Origin: an uncultured Candidatus Saccharibacteria bacterium
GTDB lineage: Bacteria > Patescibacteriota > Minisyncoccia > UBA6257 > UBA9933
Direction: 5' to 3'
Length of the DNA: 32,786 bases
NCBI GenBank assembly: GCA_964398445.1
Contig: CAYNMK010000002.1
Span: 1-32,786 of the forward strand
Shown: one piece after another, positions 24,619-32,786 of the stretch
How the letters are laid out: every line of letters begins with the position of its first letter
Position numbering within the stretch: the stretch's first letter is position 1
Notes under the pieces: model-generated
What the model was told of the DNA's origin: nothing
The model's input: the letters and a program-made list of their open reading frames with translations, nothing else
The model's database searches: none
Program-made: the position numbers and the translations under genes

Positions 24619-25086
24619 TTAATTTAATATTTCTTGAATTATATAAATAATTCCCCAAGAGCATAAAATAATGGTGTAGCCGATAACAGAATATAAGATA
24701 GTGTTTCCGCCGACTTTGACTTTTTCTGGATCGCCGCCCGCGGTTAAAATTTGAAAGCCACCTATTAAAATCATAATTGCTAAAATAGGCGCGCCGATTA
24801 CAATTAAAAAATTAACGATGTTTTCAAGAATATTAACAATATTATCAGTCCCTAGGGGATTAGGAATGGTGGCGTCGCCAACTCTACCGGCTGGATGATC
24901 GCCAACTCTACCGGCTGGATGATCGCCAACTCTACCGCCTGGAAGATCAGTGCCACCCGGATCCCATCTAATTAGGTCATACGCCAAACTTTCGTTAGCA
25001 AAAGATAAGGTTAAAAACATCGCTAAACTTATGCAGAACAAAGCATAAAGCAGATGTGAAACTATTTTTTTTTGGTAAGATTTCAT
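24619..25086 (-). CDS. TrbC/VirB2-like pilin family protein (paralog 3) with an octapeptide repeat
   Basis: Same topology, with loop LTAGGDPEKVKVGGN. It has (GRVGDHPA)~3 after the signal peptide. Its stop is 1 nt from the start of paralog 2. Confidence 0.55.
   Translation of the reverse strand: MKSYQKKIVSHLLYALFCISLAMFLTLSFANESLAYDLIRWDPGGTDLPGGRVGDHPAGRVGDHPAGRVGDATIPNPLGTDNIVNILENIVNFLIVIGAPILAIMILIGGFQILTAGGDPEKVKVGGNTILYSVIGYTIILCSWGIIYIIQEILN
24875..24946 (-). repeat. 24-nt tandem repeat x3 inside pilin paralog 3
   Basis: tcgccaactctaccggctggatga occurs twice perfectly (24875-24898, 24899-24922), followed by a degenerate third copy. Confidence 0.9.
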
Positions 25087-25210
25087 TTTTTATAGAAGCG
25101 AATTTACGCAGATTCTTTTTTTGTAGAAGCAGATTAACGTGGACAATTCATTTATTTTATTATAATAATAAAATTTATTATTGGCAAGGCGAATTTTTAA
25201 TTTCTAAATA

Positions 25211-25630
25211 TTAACAACTAATTTGATTCCATGGACCGATTTCCATTTGAAATTGATCCTGTAAAACAACTTTAATTATTGTGTCAATTAATATCCAGGA
25301 GACAAAAACGATAATAATTCCTATGATTGCGGATTGTAGAATATCTTGGCCGCTTTTAAGTCGTTCAGGGGAGCTGCTAGCAGTCATTATAATAAATCCG
25401 CCCCAGATTATAAATATTACTGCAACCACGATTGCAATCTTAATAAAAAAATCTATGATATTTTTGATTAATTGACCAAAGTGACACCAGTTGCAGAGGT
25501 CTTGGCCAACGCCGCCGCAGGGGACAAGGCCAGCTTCTGCTACAGGCGCGAAATTAAAAATTGAAAATGCAAATATCAAAATAATAGCGCAAAATGTTAA
25601 AATTTTGAATTTTAAATTGTAATTTTGCAT
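25211..25630 (-). CDS. TrbC/VirB2-like pilin family protein (paralog 4, Cys-containing)
   Basis: Signal peptide, PCGGVGQDLCNWCHF segment, TM1, loop MTASSSPERLKSGQD, TM2, C-terminal Cys. Confidence 0.55.
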   Translation of the reverse strand: MQNYNLKFKILTFCAIILIFAFSIFNFAPVAEAGLVPCGGVGQDLCNWCHFGQLIKNIIDFFIKIAIVVAVIFIIWGGFIIMTASSSPERLKSGQDILQSAIIGIIIVFVSWILIDTIIKVVLQDQFQMEIGPWNQISC

Positions 25631-25644
25631 TTTAATTTTTAATT

Positions 25645-26883
25645 TTATCTCATTAGAGATGTAATTTCATTCTCTGCCCATTCTAGCGCCCTGCTTGGAC
25701 TTAATCTACCATTTAATACTGATTGAATCATATTTGAAAAAATTTGATTAATTGCTGCGCTATCTGGTTGAAACCATGAACGGGCTGTTAGAGCTTGTCG
25801 CGCAAAAACTCCTAAATGTGGGTCATTAAGATGTTGCGCAATAAGCGTTCTAAGGGCTGGCGAATGCCCTGAATTTTGTAAATATTCTAAAGAACCGACG
25901 GGATTAACAGTTATGAATAATATAAAGTCCCATGCCCAGGCTGGATTTTGACTTTGATTAGAAACTGCTAATCCCCAATAATTAGCGTAATTAATTGGAT
26001 TATTAAGATCAAATTGAAGCATTGGCGCTATGGCTAAATTTAAAAATGGATTTTTAGCTTTTATTTGCGGAATTGATTTAGCGTAATTAAAAATCACATC
26101 AATTTCTCCTTGGCCAAAAGCATTAATTGAATATTGGCGATTCTCATTCCAAGTATAAAATGGGCTCGCTGGATTGGCGAATTGGAGGTAAAAATTCAAC
26201 GCTTTAAGACCTTGTTCGTCAAAATCCGCCCGAGAATGTTGATGATTAATCATTGGGGCATTGAATTGAAGCATTAAAAGAGAAAGTAGGTCGTTTGCTT
26301 GATTGATGCTTCTTTCTGAGCCACCGATAGCTGCGGATAATATAGGAATTAAATTTTTAAATTCTTGCCACCTAGTTGGCGGCATAGCAATAGCTCTAGA
26401 ATCAAAAGCATCTTTATTGTATATAAACGCTAAAGTATCAATATAAAGAGGTAGACTGTAAATGGCATTATTAAAGCTCATATCTTGTTTAACTACGGTC
26501 GGGAATATTTTGCGGAAATTGGCAAAAGGAATTTGGGATTCATTAGCTGGCGTAATTTTATCAAAATGTTTTGGCAACCAAGTGTTATGGAACATTAAAA
26601 TGTCTGGTCCTTGACCAGCAGCTAAAGCGTTTATTAAATAACGTTCATAAGAATCGCGAGGAATTTGCTTATACGTAATTTTAACTTCTGGTCTAATCTG
26701 CATATAACTGTCTAACGAAGGTTTAAAATTCCTAATATCTTCAACGCCCCAAATTACTAATTCAACCTCTTGTTTTCTGCCAGCATCTTCATCTTGGCCA
26801 AAAAAAACAAACATCAATATTATTGATAGAATTATTGCCACAGCAATAAAAATTATAATTACTTGATTACGAGTTAGATTCAT
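25645..26883 (-). CDS. ABC transporter extracellular solute-binding protein (family 1, sugar-type)
   Basis: 412 aa with an N-terminal TM anchor and SBP_bac_1-like sequence. No adjacent permease. Confidence 0.6.
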   Translation of the reverse strand: MNLTRNQVIIIFIAVAIILSIILMFVFFGQDEDAGRKQEVELVIWGVEDIRNFKPSLDSYMQIRPEVKITYKQIPRDSYERYLINALAAGQGPDILMFHNTWLPKHFDKITPANESQIPFANFRKIFPTVVKQDMSFNNAIYSLPLYIDTLAFIYNKDAFDSRAIAMPPTRWQEFKNLIPILSAAIGGSERSINQANDLLSLLMLQFNAPMINHQHSRADFDEQGLKALNFYLQFANPASPFYTWNENRQYSINAFGQGEIDVIFNYAKSIPQIKAKNPFLNLAIAPMLQFDLNNPINYANYWGLAVSNQSQNPAWAWDFILFITVNPVGSLEYLQNSGHSPALRTLIAQHLNDPHLGVFARQALTARSWFQPDSAAINQIFSNMIQSVLNGRLSPSRALEWAENEITSLMR

Positions 26884-26914
26884 AATAAAATTAAACGAGT
26901 TAAATTTAAAGATT

Positions 26915-29362
26915 TTATAGGCATATTATTCCTATAATTTTATCTCTTTCTTTTAGTTTCATTATTCGGACGCCGCTGGTGGCTCGACCAGTAATTCTAA
27001 TATTGGAAATTTTAGTTCTGATAATTTGTCCTTTTATTGAAAGAGCCAAAACTTCTTCTTCATTAGTAATAATTCTACTATCTACAATTAGTCCAATTTT
27101 AGGGGTAATTTTGGCGGTTTTAATTCCTTGCCCTCCGCGGCTTTGAATTTTATATTCTTTAAGAGCTGTTTGCTTGGCAAATCCGTTTTCCGTTATAATT
27201 AATAATTTTTCATCTTTTTTGTTTTCTCTTCCTTCTTTTTTTATTATATCAATTCCAGCCACAAAGTCGCCCCGTTTGAGTTTAATAGCTTTTACGCCTG
27301 CGGTAGTTCTGCCTATTGATCGTAGTTGAGATTCTTTAAATCTTATTGCTTGCCCTAGTTTAGTGGCAATAATTATTTCATCTTTTCCAAGCGAAAGTTT
27401 TACCCATTTTAATTTGTCATTTTTAGACAAATTAATCGCGATAATTCCGTTTCTTCTTACATTAAAAAATTTCTTAAGAGGTATTTTTTTTATTATTCCA
27501 TTTAAAGTAGCCATTATAAGAAAAGATGTTTGAATGGTCTCGTTAGAGTAGGCAACTATTTCAGTAATATTTTCTTCAGATGGAATTTCTAAAAAGTTTT
27601 GTATTAATTTACTTTTAGCAGTTCGTGAACTAGCTGGAATTTCATAGACTTTGGTTTGAAAAACTTTGCCGCTGTCTGTAAAAAATAAAATATTATTATG
27701 AGTATTAGCTGAAATAAAGTGAGCAAGAAAGTCTCCCTCTCCTACTTCTGAGCCGATTAATCCTTTGCCGCCCCGACCTTGTGCTTTAAAATTGGTTGGG
27801 GCTACTCGTTTGATATAACCATTCTGCGAAAGAGTGATAATTGTTTCTTCTTTTGGTATTAAATCTTCTTCTTTGAATTCTTTTAGTCCGCTTATAACTA
27901 ATTTTGTGCGTCGTTCATCGCCATATTTTTCTTTAATTTCTTTTAGTTCGTCTTTAATGATTTTAAAAATTTTTTGCTCGCTTTTTAAAATAATTTCTAA
28001 TTCGTTAATTAGTTTTTTCTTTTCTTTTAATTCATCTTCAATTTTTTGTTGTTCTAGCGCCGCTAAAGCGCGAAGTTTCATTTCAAGAATTGCCGTTGCT
28101 TGAATATTTGTAAGTTTGAAGTTTTTTATTAATTTTTGGCGAGCTTCTTCAACGTTTTTTGATTTTTTAATAACCGCGATTATTTTATCAATAACACTTA
28201 AAGCTGTAACTAATCCCTCTAAAATGTGAGCGCGTTCTTTTGCTTTGTTTAATTCAAATTCTGTTCGACGCCTTACTACTTCCTGTCTATGCTTTATGTG
28301 CGCCTGAAGGATGTCTTTGACTGACATTGTTTGTGGCTGAACTCCTTGGTTTAGGGCAAGCATATTCATATGAAAATCTTTTTGAAGGTCGGTGTGATTA
28401 TAAAGTTGGTTAAGGATTTTTTGTGGAGAAATATTATTTTTTAATTCAATAATTATTCTAATTCCTTCTTTGCCGCTTTCGTCTCGTAAGTCGCGAATGC
28501 CTTCAATTTTTTTATTTTGAATTAATTCAGCAATTTTAACGACTAATTCTGATTTATTTACTTGATAAGGAATTTCGGTAACAAGTATATTAAATTGTCC
28601 GTTTTGTTTTTCAATAATTTCTGTTTTTGCCCGGCTTCTAATTGGTCCTCGCCCGGAAACATAAGCGTTAATAATCGCTTTTTTGTTATAAATAATTCCA
28701 CCGGTTGGAAAATCTGGGCCTTGAATGAACCTCATTAAATCTTCGGCAGGGGATTTTGGGTTGTCTATTAAATATAAAATAGCTTCTATTATTTCTGTTA
28801 AATTGTTTGGTGGAATATTTGTCGCCATTCCAACGGCAATTCCCATTGAACCGTTAATAAGAAGGTTTGGCAGTTTTGCCGGCAGAACTTTTGGTTCTTG
28901 ATAAGAGCCGTCGTAATTTGATTTCCAGTCAACAGTTTCTTTTTCTATATTAAAAAGCAATTCCTCGGATATTTTAGAAAGTTTTGCTTCTGAATATCTC
29001 ATTGCCGCGGCTGAGTCTCCGTCTTGTGATCCAAAATTGCCTTGCCCTTGAATAAGCGGATATCTTAAAGAAAAGTCTTGCGCCATTCGGACCAATGTGT
29101 CGTAAATTGCCGTATCACCGTGAGGATGATATTTAGCCATTACATTTCCCACTGTAGATGCTGATTTTTTAAATTTAGCAGAACGAGTTAATCCGTCTTC
29201 CCACATTGCCCATAAAATTCGGCGATGAACTGGCTTTAAGCCGTCTCTAACATCAGGTAGGGCGCGCGAAACAATCACGGACATAGCATAATCAAGGTAA
29301 GATTCTTCCATTTCAGCGATTATTTCGCGTTTTTCTATTTTGCCAATTTTATTTGTATCCAT
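26915..29362 (-). CDS. gyrA: DNA gyrase subunit A
   Basis: [29 protein letters not shown], catalytic Tyr context [11 protein letters not shown]-terminal beta-pinwheel repeats. The ATG at 29362 is preferred to the TTG at 29392, which overlaps the upstream ORF. Confidence 0.92.
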   Translation of the reverse strand: MDTNKIGKIEKREIIAEMEESYLDYAMSVIVSRALPDVRDGLKPVHRRILWAMWEDGLTRSAKFKKSASTVGNVMAKYHPHGDTAIYDTLVRMAQDFSLRYPLIQGQGNFGSQDGDSAAAMRYSEAKLSKISEELLFNIEKETVDWKSNYDGSYQEPKVLPAKLPNLLINGSMGIAVGMATNIPPNNLTEIIEAILYLIDNPKSPAEDLMRFIQGPDFPTGGIIYNKKAIINAYVSGRGPIRSRAKTEIIEKQNGQFNILVTEIPYQVNKSELVVKIAELIQNKKIEGIRDLRDESGKEGIRIIIELKNNISPQKILNQLYNHTDLQKDFHMNMLALNQGVQPQTMSVKDILQAHIKHRQEVVRRRTEFELNKAKERAHILEGLVTALSVIDKIIAVIKKSKNVEEARQKLIKNFKLTNIQATAILEMKLRALAALEQQKIEDELKEKKKLINELEIILKSEQKIFKIIKDELKEIKEKYGDERRTKLVISGLKEFKEEDLIPKEETIITLSQNGYIKRVAPTNFKAQGRGGKGLIGSEVGEGDFLAHFISANTHNNILFFTDSGKVFQTKVYEIPASSRTAKSKLIQNFLEIPSEENITEIVAYSNETIQTSFLIMATLNGIIKKIPLKKFFNVRRNGIIAINLSKNDKLKWVKLSLGKDEIIIATKLGQAIRFKESQLRSIGRTTAGVKAIKLKRGDFVAGIDIIKKEGRENKKDEKLLIITENGFAKQTALKEYKIQSRGGQGIKTAKITPKIGLIVDSRIITNEEEVLALSIKGQIIRTKISNIRITGRATSGVRIMKLKERDKIIGIICL

Positions 29363-29378
29363 ATTTACATTATAAATT

Positions 29379-29693
29379 TTAAGGTTTTTCAATAATAATC
29401 ACATTTTCGCTCCTAAATTTGTTATTAATATCCGAAATTAAATTATTAGCGAATTCTTTTATTGATTCACCGGTGATTATTAAGCCAGCTTTAAAAACTT
29501 GCCAAAAACTCGTTGAAACGGTGATTTCATTTTCAATATTTTTAGCTGTTTCAATGGTATGATTAAAATAAATCAACCAACCACCGATTACAAAAATCAT
29601 CATTATGGCGCTAGCTCCTATTAGCCAGCGTTTTTTTACTGCTTCATTAGAGTCTTGAATTTTTTTTAAATGTTGTTTTAGTATTTTTAGCAT
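29379..29693 (-). CDS. Hypothetical single-pass membrane protein
   Basis: 104-aa ORF with one TM segment ([21 protein letters not shown]), codirectional with and adjacent to gyrA. Confidence 0.4.
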   Translation of the reverse strand: MLKILKQHLKKIQDSNEAVKKRWLIGASAIMMIFVIGGWLIYFNHTIETAKNIENEITVSTSFWQVFKAGLIITGESIKEFANNLISDINNKFRSENVIIIEKP

Positions 29694-29793
29694 AATTAAT
29701 AATTTGAAAACATTTTATTGCATTCTTAATAGAAGTGAATTTTTATAAATATTAGGCAAATTTTTGTATGGTTCATAATTAATGATTATATGA

Positions 29794-30423
29794 TTAGGCT
29801 TTTAATACAATAATTTGCGTTTTTATAATGCCATCTAAGTCTTTTTTCTTAATAGTTAGTTTTTCTTGAGGCGTAATTGTTTGATGGTTAAATTTTTCAA
29901 TGAATTTTTCTATCTTATCAGCGTCTCTTTTAAGGCCGGAAATTTTAAATAAACTTGGAATAACAATTTTTGGTTCAAGTTGTTTTATTAATTTTATTGC
30001 TGATTCTTGGTCAATAAACGGCGAGCCTCCGGCCGGGATAAATAATAGATCTATTTCCTTAAAAGTTTCTAAAATTATTGGAGATAGTAATTTAATCTCT
30101 GAAAGATGCCCCAAGATACCGAGTTTAATTCCTTCCATTTTTATTAAATAAACTGATATGAGTAATTTTTTAGCTGATTCATTTGGCAAGTTGAAGCCAG
30201 TTATATCAATATTTTTAAAATTATATTCACCGGCTCCAAGTATTAGCTTCCCAAGTTGGTCAGGAAATTGAATGATTGGAAATGGAGTTATTGTTTTTAT
30301 GGCAATATCTGGCTTTAAGCGAGGCGGTGTTAATCCGCTTTGACTGTTAAAGCTATCGGTTAAAATCATGGCATCGCCATTTTGTATTTTAAAACAATTT
30401 TCACCGTAGAATGTAATTATCAT
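29794..30423 (-). CDS. MBL-fold hydrolase-like protein (UPF0173/Lactamase_B_3-like) lacking an obvious HxHxDH motif
   Basis: ITFYGENCFKIQNGDAMILTDSF resembles the N-terminus of this family, but Glu replaces the usual His. Confidence 0.45.
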   Translation of the reverse strand: MIITFYGENCFKIQNGDAMILTDSFNSQSGLTPPRLKPDIAIKTITPFPIIQFPDQLGKLILGAGEYNFKNIDITGFNLPNESAKKLLISVYLIKMEGIKLGILGHLSEIKLLSPIILETFKEIDLLFIPAGGSPFIDQESAIKLIKQLEPKIVIPSLFKISGLKRDADKIEKFIEKFNHQTITPQEKLTIKKKDLDGIIKTQIIVLKA

Positions 30424-30432
30424 AATAAAATT

Positions 30433-30497
30433 ATCTTTAGAATTGCGCTACTCATTTTACATCTGTTATTTTTTGTCATCTCATAATTCAAAGATAT
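30433..30497. mobile_element. Miniature copy (~65 bp) of the ATATCTTTGAATT-TIR element
   Basis: atctttagaatt (30433-30444) and aattcaaagatat (30485-30497) are inverted. The interior, gcgctactcattttacatctgtt, resembles 9796-9820. Confidence 0.45.
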
Positions 30498-30648
30498 TCT
30501 ATAACTATATTATACTCTTGCTTTTCAATCAAGGTTAAGTTAATCTCTCTTTAAGAGAAACGAGATTCTTCGCTTTGTTTAGAATAATAGAAGTTGTGTA
30601 ATTAAAATTAAGGCATTAAAAATTAAATTATGATTAAAAATTAAAATT

Positions 30649-31743
30649 ATGTTAGTAACAAATAAAAAACCTCTTTCTTCGATGGGTCAATTAATAAAGC
30701 TTGAGCTGGATTTAATTTCTTTTTTGAAAAAAGGGGAGTTAATTAAAGTAAAATTTTTAAATAGAAATCGGCGGATACTTTATTTTGATTTAGGAAAATT
30801 TGGCACAGGCGTTGTTTACGGTAAAGAATTTTTAAACGCCAAAAGCGTTATAAAGAATTTAATTCTTGGGGATTTTTATAACGTTAAAATTATCGGCTTG
30901 GAAAACGAAGACGGCTATGTTGAGCTTTCATTGTCTGATGCTCAAAAACAAAAAGAATGCTTAGAAATAAAAGAGCTTCAAGAATCAGGCAAGGTTATTA
31001 TTGTAAAAATAATTGGAGCTAATAGTGGCGGTTTGGTAACTAAAATTAATGATCTCAAAGCGTTTTTGCCAGTTTCTCAGTTAGCTAGCAAGCATTATCC
31101 GCGGGTTAACAACGGAGAAAAAAATAAAATCTTGGAAGAATTACGAAAATTGGTTGGTCAAGAATTCACAGTTAAAATTATTGATTTTAATCCGCAGAAC
31201 GATAAGTTAATTGTTTCTGAAAAGGGGGCGCTAGAAGAAAGCATTAAAGAATTTATTAATAAATATAAAGAAGGTGATGTTATTGAGGGCATTGTTTCTG
31301 GCATAGCGGATTTTGGTGTTTTTGTAAAATTTATTGACAATTTAATGATTGAGGGGTTGATTCATGTTTCTGAACTTGACCATCAGCTTGTTGAAAATCC
31401 AAAAGAAATAGTGGAAATAAATGAGCAAATTAAAGTAAAAATTATTGAAATTAAAAATAGTCAAATTTTCCTTTCGCTGAAAGCGTTTAAACCCGACCCT
31501 TGGGAAAAAATTAATGAAAAATACAAACAAGGTCAGGAAGTTAGCGGAACGGTTAATAAGTTTAATCCTTTTGGCGCCTTTATTTTTCTTAGTCCGGAAA
31601 TTCAGGGATTAATTCATATTTCAGAATTTGGCAGCGATGAAGAGATGAAAAAACAATTAAAAGCGGGAGAGAAATATCAATTTATTATTGAAGCCATAAA
31701 ACCCGAAGAAAAAAGAATTACCTTGAAGTTGTCCGCATCTTGA
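30649..31743 (+). CDS. rpsA: 30S ribosomal protein S1-like protein (four S1 domains)
   Basis: 364 aa with repeated S1 OB-fold signatures (GDVIEGIVSGIADFGVFVKF; GQEVSGTVNKFNPFGAFIFL). Confidence 0.7.
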   Translation: MLVTNKKPLSSMGQLIKLELDLISFLKKGELIKVKFLNRNRRILYFDLGKFGTGVVYGKEFLNAKSVIKNLILGDFYNVKIIGLENEDGYVELSLSDAQKQKECLEIKELQESGKVIIVKIIGANSGGLVTKINDLKAFLPVSQLASKHYPRVNNGEKNKILEELRKLVGQEFTVKIIDFNPQNDKLIVSEKGALEESIKEFINKYKEGDVIEGIVSGIADFGVFVKFIDNLMIEGLIHVSELDHQLVENPKEIVEINEQIKVKIIEIKNSQIFLSLKAFKPDPWEKINEKYKQGQEVSGTVNKFNPFGAFIFLSPEIQGLIHISEFGSDEEMKKQLKAGEKYQFIIEAIKPEEKRITLKLSAS

Positions 31744-31762
31744 TCTTGAAAAAAAAGATAGA

Positions 31763-31878
31763 GAGTGGGTCTTTATTAATTATTCAGTCAATTCTGTCTC
31801 CAATTTCAATTTTCATTGAAAATTCAATGAAAATTGAAATTGAAAATTAGTCATAAATAGGGGGGTTGAACCCCACTC
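31763..31878. repeat. Intergenic hairpin element with a GC base and a perfect 18-bp AT-rich heptad hairpin
   Basis: gagtggg (31763-31769) pairs with cccactc (31872-31878). caatttcaattttcattg (31801-31818) pairs with caatgaaaattgaaattg (31825-31842), a perfect complement. A mini-hairpin ggggttgaacccc is also present. Confidence 0.6.
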
Positions 31879-32022
31879 AGCATTTCATAATTCAAAGATA
31901 TCCTAAATTCTCATAACATAATAAAAAGGTCGTCTAATTAAAAACTAATTTAAAAAGATATATAACTTTGAATCTTGAATAATATTCTAAATTCAGGTCT
32001 CAGGTTTTATGTTTCAAATTTT

Positions 32023-32786
32023 ATGTTTCAAATTTCAAAAAACAAGGGTTTCACTCTGGTTGAACTAGTGCTTTATCTCGCAATTTTTGGAGTCGCAGCC
32101 GGTTTAATGACTGGTATTGTTATTAATGTTTTGAAAGTTCAGGACAGAGAAGCTAGTAAAATTGAAATATCCAGCCAATTGAATTTTACTGTTCAAACAA
32201 TTCAACGGCTCACAAGAGAAGCAAGTGTTATAGATATACCAACTGGAGCAACTACTTCTGTTCTTAGGTTAAGAATGGCTGACCCTAGTCAAGAACCTAC
32301 TTATATTACACTTGAAAATAACGTTATTAAAATCAAGCAAGGGACAAACCCCGCTGCCCCTCTAACCACAGACAGAGTGATTGTTAATTTATTAAGTTTT
32401 GAAAAGTTTTCTCAACCGCCAGGCCTTGATATGCTTCAAATTAATGTTGTAATGTCAGCTGCGTCCGACCCATTGATAAGCCAAGCCTTGCGCACAGGCA
32501 CTGCTAGAGTGGGTGCCGCTGTTTTTGATGCTGATGTTTTACCTGGAGGTCCAAACTTTGGCATTGGTCAGCCAGCTCTTCCTTGGCAAGATCTTTATCT
32601 TTCTGGGGTTTTAAATCTTGGAGCTTTAGCTGCTGACCCTTTTGGCCAAGACGGTTCAATTTATTACAATATTACTGATAATGTTTTTAGGGGCTTTAAA
32701 GCTGGCGCTTGGACTGATATAGGAGGTTATTGGGCTGCTGCTATTGGTAATGATATTTATTATAACGCCGGCAACGTCGGCATCGG
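32023..32786 (+). CDS. Type IV pilin/pseudopilin-like protein with a tail-fibre-like C-terminal region (3' truncated by the window end)
   Basis: This ORF is absent from the supplied track because no stop is reached. MFQISKNKG|FTLVELVLYLAIFGVAAGL is a class III (prepilin peptidase) signal with Glu+5. I checked the frame codon by codon and it is open to 32786. The C-terminal part has IYYN...GNVGIG motifs. Confidence 0.75.
   Translation, partial: MFQISKNKGFTLVELVLYLAIFGVAAGLMTGIVINVLKVQDREASKIEISSQLNFTVQTIQRLTREASVIDIPTGATTSVLRLRMADPSQEPTYITLENNVIKIKQGTNPAAPLTTDRVIVNLLSFEKFSQPPGLDMLQINVVMSAASDPLISQALRTGTARVGAAVFDADVLPGGPNFGIGQPALPWQDLYLSGVLNLGALAADPFGQDGSIYYNITDNVFRGFKAGAWTDIGGYWAAAIGNDIYYNAGNVGI

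Noticed and set aside
29363-29392. TTG start at 29392 for gyrA
   Set aside because: It overlaps the stop of the upstream ORF. The ATG at 29362 (MDTNKIG...) sits closer to the conserved GyrA N-terminus.
23971-31530. ORFs 23971-24156(+), 25281-25475(+), 27834-28103(+), 29900-30151(+), 31158-31340(-) and 31342-31530(-)
   Set aside because: They are antisense to the pilin, gyrA, MBL-fold and S1-like genes and show no independent coding signal.

Overview
AT-rich bacterial window, probably a CPR/Patescibacteria-type genome (an inference from gene content and style). Bases 1-6221 hold a 23S-5S rRNA operon whose 23S gene is about 5.57 kb. By eye, only about 2.9 kb of it aligns to conserved bacterial 23S. 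The remainder is three paralogous group I introns (3526-3907, 4405-4686, 4822-5648; the last encodes a LAGLIDADG homing endonuclease) plus at least eight long AT-rich hairpin insertions. The hairpin arms are degenerate 7-nt tandem repeats and their bases are conserved palindromic GC mini-hairpins. The same hairpin architecture occurs in the rRNA leader and trailer, inside intron 1, and in several intergenic regions. The rest of the window is mostly housekeeping: secG, an OppA-like SBP, rnj, trpS, a compact minus-strand cluster rpsO-NYN-pnp-nusA-ppa-clpP-dehydrogenase, a Xer-type recombinase, gyrA and an S1-like protein. Accessory content is as follows. (1) A complete tRNA-Leu(UAG) is nested inside the two halves of a second Leu-type tRNA-like gene. 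(2) Next to it sits a two-gene cassette with strong Shine-Dalgarno sites and visibly higher GC: a split SPFH/band-7 protein with a (DK)n microsatellite plus a small membrane protein. (3) Four TrbC/VirB2-like pilin paralogs lie in tandem. (4) A 926-bp ORF-less region is bounded by perfect 21-bp inverted repeats of a MITE-like family. (5) A ~105-nt conserved noncoding element is present twice. (6) A truncated type IV pilin-like gene has a tail-fibre-like C-terminal region. No CRISPR array was seen. All coordinates for RNA elements were derived by eye, and E. coli numbering comes from alignment from memory, so both are approximate.
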